Assembly: GCA_045578665.1 (NCBI GenBank)
Contig: JAZNKR010000181.1
Span: 1-55,468, forward strand
Source of the DNA: Bacteroidaceae bacterium
GTDB lineage: Bacteria > Bacteroidota > Bacteroidia > Bacteroidales > Bacteroidaceae
Length of the DNA stretch: 55,468 nucleotides
Direction of reading: 5' to 3'
This document shows positions 48,102 through 55,468 of the stretch, in pieces; within the stretch, counting starts at the first letter, position 1, and the number at the start of each line of letters is the position of its first letter. The notes below the pieces were generated by a model. It was not told the origin of the DNA, ran no database searches, and saw only the letters and a list, made by a program, of their open reading frames with translations. The translations under genes were made by a program, and so were the position numbers.

Positions 48102-51100
48102 TTATTCTTTTCGTTTTACAAGCTTCACGGCATCTGCCGAAATATATCTCAGTCTTGTCTTGTTCGTAAGGGTTACACGCATTGTGTCGCAGTTGACATC
48201 GAATGTTCCTATCAGCGACCAACCGTTGTCGGCGCGACGTATATTTATTTCGTGTTCCTCTTCGTAGTCGTCGGTCTCTACCCTGAAGTTGTACATCTTG
48301 CGGCCTCTGTTGTGCCATCCTCCCCAATAAACCTCGCCGGGTTTGCGCACATAGTAGTAGAGTTCGTATCGTCCGGGCTCGGGAACGGGAATGTTCCATC
48401 TTGCATACTCCTCGCCATCGCCCGAACGGATGATAGCTGCCGAGCGGATGGATTTTCCATAGTATCCGCCGTCGGTAGTCAATGTCCATCGCATAGGCGG
48501 ATTCCACTCCATGATGCCAGAGTATTTGAAATCTTCGTCTATGCTCTTTTTCTTTATCCACTCGTTGAGCATGCCCGAGGGAGGAGGTGTGGAGAGTTCG
48601 AAGAATCTTTCATCCTCGTTGTCCACTATTATCTCATCCTTTTCGAGCAGATAGTCCGATGAAAGGGGATATTCTCCTTCGGGTATGAGCGTCTTTTCGT
48701 TTTCTATCTTTCCGCTGTTCGATGCTATCTGCATAGGCAGGTTCTTGGAGAAGAGCGCCTTGCAGATGAAGATATTGGGTGCCTCTTCCCAATGCGTTAT
48801 TATGCGTTTGGTCTCTTTGGGACCGAAATTGATTATCCACTCTGTCGGTTTCTTTTCGCCCTCGAATGTCTGATTGTCGCCGTTGCGTGTCCAGAATACA
48901 AGCTTCATATTAACATTGCCGGGCTTGTCGGAGATGTTGGAGATTACAATGTCGCCCTGATATACCTCCTTCTTGGCTGTCGTTACCTTTGTTACGATGG
49001 GGGTACCGAAGAGGAATTCGGACACCTCTATAGGTTCTTCCCAATGCTTCAATGCCGAACGCAGATCGCTGTCGGTGAGACGTCCCATGGTGTCGAGCAG
49101 AGTCTCGAAAGAGAGATTCTCGAAAGCGTGTGCCTTTACATAATTGAAGAGTGAATCGCGGAATGCACTCACACCCAATGCCTTTTCGGCATCGAGGAAG
49201 AGATGTTTGCCCTCTACCTCTATGATGTTGTTCATGAGGTTGCGAAGCTCTACATCCTTGAGCAGTTCCTTGAATGGGCGTTCCTGCAGCAGAAGCACGC
49301 ACTTCTCTTCGTTGCTGAGTCCGTTGACGTTGCGTTGCATGAAGTTGTTCCAGAAGGGCAGCTTGCTCAGCCTTATCTCTACGAGTCTGTTTGCCACAGA
49401 CCACTCCGACGAGTAGATGTTGTACTTGAAGTTATACATCTGCGGGAAGAGATAATAGGGGCTCTCTTCTATCGTTACGGAGCGGCGTCCCATACGTCCT
49501 TCGTCGAACTTGACACTTCCATTCTGGTCGGTAAGCAGCCATTTGAGCATTGCAAAGACTTCTGCTTCTATCTGCAGATTGGTCATTATTCTTCCGCCAT
49601 GGTTCTTGTTGTGCTCGCGTCTGTCCTTGCGCCATTTGATGTGCCAGTTGAAGTCGAACTGCCACAATCCGAATCCGCGCTCGGGGAGGAAGAGCATTTC
49701 GGGTTGCTGACGCTCCTGTGAGCGTGTCCATGTGCGGGAGAAACTTGCAAAATGGACGGGTACCTCTACGAAAGAGAAGCGTTTGAAGGGGTAAGGCAAT
49801 TCGAACTCTTTCTCTATGTCGCGGCGCATCTCCTTTATGAGTTTGGGCAACGTATCCTGCAGTGAGTCGAAGTTCTGTCTGAAGTAGTCGTGTCCCTCGA
49901 GATACCATGCCGAGTAGATGGTGCTGTCCGACTCCACCGATATGCTGTGATAGTCGCCTATGAGCAGCGAGAGCGACTGCAAGGGGTATTCGAGTGTAAA
50001 GCGTGTGCTCAGCGAATCCTCGCTCACTCTTATCTCTCCTTGCGACAGAGGGGTGAGCCCGGGGTTGGGTGTTACCTTCATGCCGAAATGGGTGAAGTAG
50101 TTCTGCTGCCAGTCGGGACTCTCGTCGCTGTAGCACACTCCTGGACGAGGATACCAATAGCTCTCGGGGGTGAGCATCGTGTAGTCTGCTGTCTGGAATG
50201 CGTAGCGCTTGCCCATCTTGTATTTACTCAGTCCGGCGCTCTCCACAAGCAGTTCTTCGGGAATATCGAGATAGCAGATGCGTTCGTCCACTACACCATT
50301 GTACTTCAGCGTGAAGCTGATGGTGTCTTCAGTTGTCTTCTCTTCGGGGAATGTGAGTTTCAGAAGATGGTGTTCGCGCTCTATCTCCAATGGTGCACCA
50401 TTGCACTCTGCCTCTGTAACAGCGAAGCCGGGATTGAGTGTGAATGTGAATTGTCGGGACTCCTTTGTAGGACGACCCACTATGTTTGTCTCGAAAAAGA
50501 GTTTGTCGCCCTGCTGCACTACCTCTATGCCGCAACTGTCTGTTACTATTTTGGGATTGGCGACATTCCGGTTGTTCAGGTTTATAAGATTGCTTCTGTA
50601 GTCGTCCTTTTCGGCATAATTGTATACATGCAGGAAGCCGAAGAAGAGAGCTGCGACGAATACCACCACCGCGAAAATTCCCCAGGGAAGCAACGCGTAA
50701 TGCGAGTTGGGCAGACGTCTGAACATCAATATGCTGAAGAGTATGAAGCTGAATCCCAGCAGCAGATAGAGCATCCGGTGTATAATGAGTGAGGGGAGGT
50801 CGGCAAAGCCTGTGATTGTCGACTCCATCAACGGCACATTATAGCACATGTAATCGAACAGATAGTAGTATTTGTCGCCTATGTAGTAGACTGTGAGTCC
50901 AATGTACCCCAGCAATATGACGAACGTGAGTGCCTGATTCTTGATGATGAGCATCAGTATGGTCGACAGACCTATAATATATATGAGTGTGGGCAGGTTC
51001 AGCAACAGGAAGTATTTGAAGAAACTGCCGACATCCACCGCCGCTCCCATCTTTGCATAGCCGCAGACTGTTCCCACTATTATGACAAGGAAATTGAGCA

Positions 51101-51446
51101 GCAAGAAGACGCGTATCGTTCCCCACATCTTTCCGAGCAGATACTCGGCATTGCTCAAGGGACGAACATAAAATATCTCGGAGGTGTCGAGTTGCTTGTC
51201 GCGCTTGAGATATTCCGATGCAAGGAAAATGGAGACGATTGCCTGACCTATGTTGAAGGTAAGCATCAGGGAGTAGCCAAGCAGCGTGGGTATGCTCTCT
51301 ACATAGCGCGACTCTCCCAATGTGGTGAAAGCGGTAAATATTGTCGCCAGAATGGTGAGAGTGGCAAATACCTTAAAGAACCAACTCCGGTAGAGTAGTT
51401 TCGATTCGTATTTTGATACAGATTGTATGTTTTTCAGAAAGAGCAT
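48102..51446 (-). CDS. ABC-2-type permease (7 TM) fused to an ~830-aa extracytoplasmic region with a golvesin-like C-terminal domain
   Basis: 1,114 aa. Seven N-terminal hydrophobic helices (aa ~20-280). The large soluble region has no HEXXH. The C-terminus (ARWNIPVPEPGRYELYYYV...GWSLIGTFDV...ADAVKLV) resembles golvesin/Xly-type C-terminal domains. Confidence 0.7.
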   Translation of the reverse strand: MLFLKNIQSVSKYESKLLYRSWFFKVFATLTILATIFTAFTTLGESRYVESIPTLLGYSLMLTFNIGQAIVSIFLASEYLKRDKQLDTSEIFYVRPLSNAEYLLGKMWGTIRVFLLLNFLVIIVGTVCGYAKMGAAVDVGSFFKYFLLLNLPTLIYIIGLSTILMLIIKNQALTFVILLGYIGLTVYYIGDKYYYLFDYMCYNVPLMESTITGFADLPSLIIHRMLYLLLGFSFILFSILMFRRLPNSHYALLPWGIFAVVVFVAALFFGFLHVYNYAEKDDYRSNLINLNNRNVANPKIVTDSCGIEVVQQGDKLFFETNIVGRPTKESRQFTFTLNPGFAVTEAECNGAPLEIEREHHLLKLTFPEEKTTEDTISFTLKYNGVVDERICYLDIPEELLVESAGLSKYKMGKRYAFQTADYTMLTPESYWYPRPGVCYSDESPDWQQNYFTHFGMKVTPNPGLTPLSQGEIRVSEDSLSTRFTLEYPLQSLSLLIGDYHSISVESDSTIYSAWYLEGHDYFRQNFDSLQDTLPKLIKEMRRDIEKEFELPYPFKRFSFVEVPVHFASFSRTWTRSQERQQPEMLFLPERGFGLWQFDFNWHIKWRKDRREHNKNHGGRIMTNLQIEAEVFAMLKWLLTDQNGSVKFDEGRMGRRSVTIEESPYYLFPQMYNFKYNIYSSEWSVANRLVEIRLSKLPFWNNFMQRNVNGLSNEEKCVLLLQERPFKELLKDVELRNLMNNIIEVEGKHLFLDAEKALGVSAFRDSLFNYVKAHAFENLSFETLLDTMGRLTDSDLRSALKHWEEPIEVSEFLFGTPIVTKVTTAKKEVYQGDIVISNISDKPGNVNMKLVFWTRNGDNQTFEGEKKPTEWIINFGPKETKRIITHWEEAPNIFICKALFSKNLPMQIASNSGKIENEKTLIPEGEYPLSSDYLLEKDEIIVDNEDERFFELSTPPPSGMLNEWIKKKSIDEDFKYSGIMEWNPPMRWTLTTDGGYYGKSIRSAAIIRSGDGEEYARWNIPVPEPGRYELYYYVRKPGEVYWGGWHNRGRKMYNFRVETDDYEEEHEINIRRADNGWSLIGTFDVNCDTMRVTLTNKTRLRYISADAVKLVKRKE

Positions 51447-51518
51447 GCTTCCGATATTGCTTTTGGGTTCAGTTGTTTGTGTTTATATTATGATAGTTGT
51501 TCGGGAAAAGGATGTTTG

Positions 51519-52412
51519 TCAATCGTTAAGCCACAGATTGAGACTCTTTTCCATGAAGTAGACGTAGGCATGTTCGAGGTTGGGTGGCATATTCTCTGCC
51601 TCGTATTCATCGAAATTGTCTGCGACCACCTGTATATCCCACATATCGCCTTTGGGTATTGTGGCTATGATAGGATATTTGTTGTTTATGGCATTGTATT
51701 GTTCGTCGTCCACGCACAAACGCCACACCTTGCCCTCGGCACGTTTGAGCATCTCTTCGGGAGAGCCTCTGAAAGATATTTCACCCTTGTTGAGAAGCGC
51801 CATGTCGTTGCACGAACTGGAAATATCTCCCACGATGTGGGTTGAGAGTATGATGGTGGTGTCGTTGCCGCTGACCTGTGTCAGCAGGTTGCGGAAGCGG
51901 ATGCGTTCCTCGGGGTCGAGACCGGTTGTAGGTTCGTCTACTATTATCACCTTCGGTTCGTGGATAAGCGCCTGTGCAATGCCCAATCGGCGCTTCATAC
52001 CTCCCGAGAGGTTTGCGGCATAGCGTTCGCGCACCTCGTAGAGACCTACCTTCTCGAGCATGTCGGCAACTGCTTTCTTGCGCACCTTGCCATTGTTCAT
52101 TCCCGAAAGACGCGCTGCATAATCGAGGAACTCTATCACCTTGTACTTTGCAAAGAAACGAAAATCCTGCGGCAGATATCCCAATATGCGTCTCACCTCC
52201 CTGCGCTCTTTCAACAGATTGCATCCATACATCTCTATCTCGCCCGATGAGGGTTCCATGAGAGCCACAAGTATACGCATAAGCGTTGATTTACCGGCTC
52301 CATTGGGACCAAGCAAACCAAACATTCCTGACGGTATCTCTAAATTTATATCCTTCAGTGCATGATTCCCGTTGGGATATACTTTATTTAGATTCTTTAT
52401 TTTTATTGACAT
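51519..52412 (-). CDS. ABC transporter ATP-binding protein (first gene of the operon), paralog of the NBD fused to the RND pump
   Basis: 297 aa. Motifs GPNGAGKST, LSGGMKRRLGIAQA, VIIVDEPTTGLD and STHI. The C-terminal extension (KVWRL...LEHAYVYF) parallels KVWVF...LEDAYLCL in the fusion protein. Confidence 0.9.
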   Translation of the reverse strand: MSIKIKNLNKVYPNGNHALKDINLEIPSGMFGLLGPNGAGKSTLMRILVALMEPSSGEIEMYGCNLLKERREVRRILGYLPQDFRFFAKYKVIEFLDYAARLSGMNNGKVRKKAVADMLEKVGLYEVRERYAANLSGGMKRRLGIAQALIHEPKVIIVDEPTTGLDPEERIRFRNLLTQVSGNDTTIILSTHIVGDISSSCNDMALLNKGEISFRGSPEEMLKRAEGKVWRLCVDDEQYNAINNKYPIIATIPKGDMWDIQVVADNFDEYEAENMPPNLEHAYVYFMEKSLNLWLND

Positions 52413-52709
52413 TTTTATCTACGTCTCGCAAGAGATATAATAGGTGCAATTTACAATGTTTATTTTATGACTGTAAAAGTACTGCTAAGTTTAATGAACA
52501 ACGCATATTTAGTCTTTTTTAACACAAGAAAAAAACTTATTATAGGCTTTTCTGCATCACTACATGAAAAGCAGCGAAAGCATTCCTTTAAAAACATGCC
52601 ATCGAAGTTCTTCCACCGGGAACAACTTTCAGCCATATCCGTTTTAATATTGGAGATAATACAAATAGAGGCAAGACCTCATTACTAACCCTAAAAAACA
52701 AGAGAGAAA

Positions 52710-53996
52710 ATGAAACGGATATTATTATTTTCGGCAATGTTGGTTACCCTATTTTCGGCAACGAGGGGACAGACAATTATCCCGGACGGGTACACCACCG
52801 CACACAGCGACAGCAACTGGCAGGTAATTCTCAGCTATTACATCGACGACATTCCGGCAGACAAGCAGTTGGAGATGCAGTGCTGCATATATTGCGCCGA
52901 CAGTTGCATCAACGATACCGCACGTTGCTTTCAGGGAAAGAGATTCCGCAGTAAGAGAGCACGCACCGGCGATGGATACACCCCTATAATGAGCCGACTC
53001 GGCATGCAGCGCTGCACACTGATAATCCCCGAAGGGATGGCGGGCGACAGCATGATGAGCGTAACGAGATACACATTGACAGACAAGAACGGCACCACAG
53101 TGGAGTACGACTCGTCGTATGTCTACCTGCCTGCCGTTTCACCGCTCAGTTGCCACCGAGTCAACGACACCGAGAGCAACGCCGACCGCATCTCGTATCG
53201 CCATCGATGCATACTCCCAATGGCTTACTACGAACCACTCACCATAAACAGCATCCCGCCCTACAGCGAGAGCCGGTACGCTGTAAACTTCCGCCCTGCA
53301 AATTATCTGTTGGAGAACAGTTATATGCAGAACAGCACTCTGATAGACACACTCGCCAATCTAATAGCAGCGATGACAGCCGATTCACTTGCACAGATCG
53401 AAGTTGTGCAACTTGTGGGCTACACGGCGCCAAACGAGAAACAGCAGGGATTGGGCATGAAACGTGCCACCTCTCTACGCGACAAACTGAAATATTACTG
53501 CAATCTGCCCGACTCGGTATTCGAGGTGCTCGATGGCGGCAGAAACTGGGAACTTATATACGAATCCATGAACGGCAGTAATATTGCCGGTGGAGACTCT
53601 ATGGTAACCATTTTGCGTGCCGAAAAATCTCCTGCACGCAGAGAGACACTCATCAGCGGCAATCTGAGCAACGACATGTTGCGCAAGCTGGGCGAGAACG
53701 CTCTCAACAGCCACCGCCAAGCCTGCTGTGCACGCATATATTACCGCAACAGCCCCGACACCATTGCCCCCAAGCTCAACAGGATTGTGAATGAGCTTGC
53801 CACCAACGAGACGCCCGACTACGCTGCGATGCTCAACGAACTGCAACAATACAGCGACGATGCCCGCGCACTGAACCTGATGGGAGTGATTGAGTATCGC
53901 CGCCATAAGCGTGGTGCTGCCAAAAAAGCCTTTACAGAGGCTGCCATGATGGGTGACGAGCAGGCCATGACCAATCTTATGATTATATCAAGATGA
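52710..53996 (+). CDS. Secreted protein of unknown function with an OmpA-like GY(T/A)xPxE...RA motif and a Sel1/TPR-like C-terminus (DUF3868-like guess)
   Basis: 428 aa. Signal peptide, VVQLVGYTAPNEKQQGLGMKRATSLRDKL, and a C-terminal AAKKAFTEAAMMGDEQAMTNL. Confidence 0.5.
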   Translation: MKRILLFSAMLVTLFSATRGQTIIPDGYTTAHSDSNWQVILSYYIDDIPADKQLEMQCCIYCADSCINDTARCFQGKRFRSKRARTGDGYTPIMSRLGMQRCTLIIPEGMAGDSMMSVTRYTLTDKNGTTVEYDSSYVYLPAVSPLSCHRVNDTESNADRISYRHRCILPMAYYEPLTINSIPPYSESRYAVNFRPANYLLENSYMQNSTLIDTLANLIAAMTADSLAQIEVVQLVGYTAPNEKQQGLGMKRATSLRDKLKYYCNLPDSVFEVLDGGRNWELIYESMNGSNIAGGDSMVTILRAEKSPARRETLISGNLSNDMLRKLGENALNSHRQACCARIYYRNSPDTIAPKLNRIVNELATNETPDYAAMLNELQQYSDDARALNLMGVIEYRRHKRGAAKKAFTEAAMMGDEQAMTNLMIISR

Positions 53997-54012
53997 GGTA
54001 TTAACGCGGGAT

Positions 54013-54052
54013 AAGGGGCTGTTTGAATTTTGCAAAATTCAAACAGCCCCTT
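54013..54052 (+). terminator. 19-bp perfect-stem hairpin terminator
   Basis: aaggggctgtttgaatttt-gc-aaaattcaaacagcccctt. Confidence 0.65.
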
Positions 54053-54236
54053 AAATATACACAAATACACACCATTGATTATCAACGCATTACCCCCCAA
54101 AAAAAAACAGTGTAATTATTTGAAATATTATAAAATGTTTTGCTAATTTTGTGCAAACAACACATTGGAGGCAGCCTTTAATGATATTCTGACTACTCGT
54201 CGATTTTAAAATGAATTTATAGAACTACCCTTAAAT

Positions 54237-54680
54237 ATGAGAAATGCTGTATTATTAACGTTTGTATTGTTATCTTTTTTCGGATGTGAAGAAGATTACA
54301 GCTCTGGTATATATATAAAAAATGAGAGCAATGACACCATTTACCATTATTGCAATCTTATATCATACCCGGACACTGTTGTAAAAACATTTGATATTTG
54401 TGACTTATTAGTCTTAGAGGGGTATGATGAGACAGCACCTGGAGCAAAAAGTTATGCCTTATTCGAAACAGATTTCAAATTGTATAATGACACAATAATG
54501 ATATACATTTACAATAAAGAGACTCTAAAAACACACACACTGCAAGAAATTTATGAAAATTATTTGATAGCAGCCAGATACGATTTAAGCTTTGACGATG
54601 TAAGAATCTTGAATTACAGAATTCCATATCCTCCCACTGAAGATATGAGCGAGATGAAAATTTATATTCCGAATAAATAA
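54237..54680 (+). CDS. Small lipoprotein of unknown function (paralog A)
   Basis: 147 aa. Lipobox FFGC. AT-rich. Shares the C-terminal motif RYDLSFDDVRILNYRIPYPP with the next ORF. Confidence 0.65.
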   Translation: MRNAVLLTFVLLSFFGCEEDYSSGIYIKNESNDTIYHYCNLISYPDTVVKTFDICDLLVLEGYDETAPGAKSYALFETDFKLYNDTIMIYIYNKETLKTHTLQEIYENYLIAARYDLSFDDVRILNYRIPYPPTEDMSEMKIYIPNK

Positions 54681-54689
54681 TTTAACAAC

Positions 54690-55199
54690 ATGAAAAAACA
54701 CATTATAAGAATTGTAACGGCGCTTTTTGTCATATACACATTCTCATTTACGACATGCAATTTAGAAGAACCGCCATACAACTATGAATTCACCAACAAT
54801 AGCGACAGCGGTATTATTGTTCACATTTCCAATTTTTACCCCGATACTATTCCTTATTTCTCGGAGTATGAGCGAGAAGTAGATGATAAAGAAGGATATA
54901 ATAAAAGATATGTTGCCCCAAACAGCATAAACGACACCGTTCTATTCCAATTAGATATACCATCAAGTACATCCTATTGGCGGTGGTCTGATACTGTTTC
55001 GTGCTTTATTATAGACGAAAAAGTATATAATGAGTGTGGTTTATTGAAAGTTCAATTATACTATTTGGTAAAGCAACGGTACGACCTTAGCGAAGACGAC
55101 ATGAAGTATCTCGACTATAAACTAACCTACCCGCCCTCGCCCAAAATGCGTGGAATGAAAATGTTTCCGCCATACGAAGAGGCAATAAAAGTGGAATAA
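54690..55199 (+). CDS. Small lipoprotein of unknown function (paralog B)
   Basis: 169 aa. Signal/lipobox ...FSFTTC. C-terminal motif RYDLSEDDMKYLDYKLTYPP. Confidence 0.65.
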   Translation: MKKHIIRIVTALFVIYTFSFTTCNLEEPPYNYEFTNNSDSGIIVHISNFYPDTIPYFSEYEREVDDKEGYNKRYVAPNSINDTVLFQLDIPSSTSYWRWSDTVSCFIIDEKVYNECGLLKVQLYYLVKQRYDLSEDDMKYLDYKLTYPPSPKMRGMKMFPPYEEAIKVE

Positions 55200-55407
55200 A
55201 CAATAAACTGTAAAAACGCAACAATAAGCAAAAAAATAAGACTGCACTAAAGACTAATTGACGAATACCCGAACTGCGAGCAAGGTCGAAGTACTTATAC
55301 ATTCGACCTCAGCTTATGCAAGTTCAAATGGATTATTTTTCAATAAAATTTTATTTGTGTCCGGTTAATTTTCATTCTGCGTATAGGAAAAAACATACTA
55401 CGCGAGA

Positions 55408-55468
55408 AAAACCCCTCCGTCTTCAACTGCGATAGCAGTTGAATCCACCTCCCCTTGAAGGGCAGGAG
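55408..55468. mobile_element. Third (inverted, window-truncated) copy of the palindromic MITE/REP-like element
   Basis: The reverse complement ctcctgcccttcaaggggaggtggattcaactgctatcgcagttgaagacggagggg aligns with 11965-12018. The central hairpin has a different sequence but still pairs. Confidence 0.55.

Noticed and set aside
48102-51446. Calling the 1,114-aa protein an active M1 aminopeptidase fusion.
   Set aside because: No HEXXH zinc-binding motif is visible anywhere in the translation, so only a permease plus a non-catalytic external domain can be supported.

Overview
This 55.5-kb window looks like a chromosomal segment of a Bacteroidota (Bacteroidales-type) genome. Supporting signs are TAnnTTTG -7 promoter boxes, a CarboxypepD_reg-type TonB-dependent receptor, a T9SS C-terminal-domain remnant and lipoproteins with Cys lipoboxes. 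The housekeeping backbone is an NfnAB-like oxidoreductase fusion, serS, an amidase plus mlaD pair, pepT, a nitroreductase, kdsC, maf, cysK-cysE, proS, eno, ilvA-ridA and rpmH. There are two envelope export loci. (i) A plus-strand TolC/HlyD/MacB-type ABC locus (9.36-17.9 kb) carries palindromic MITE-like elements in two of its intergenic junctions. (ii) A 15.7-kb minus-strand gene train (36.7-52.4 kb) mixes ABC and RND parts. It includes one 1,563-aa ORF in which a complete RND pump is covalently fused to an ABC ATPase domain, and that domain is itself split by a four-helix membrane insertion. Both RND paralogs also deviate at canonical proton-relay positions. This locus is my top candidate for an undescribed system. 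The accessory patches are: (a) three copies of a sharply bounded ~147-nt structured repeat at 29.6-31.1 kb, which abut or truncate ORFs and have promoter boxes on the opposite strand; (b) a single-gene yhcG (DUF1016 PD-(D/E)xK nuclease) insertion flanked by a duplicated pepT 3' end; (c) an array of ~80-bp repeats between serS and the amidase gene; (d) a recurrent 12-19-nt motif just 3' of minus-strand stop codons; (e) AT-rich tandem lipoprotein paralogs at the right end. I recognised no rRNA, tRNA, CRISPR array, transposase or integrase gene. All protein calls rest on motif recognition by eye. No database search was possible.
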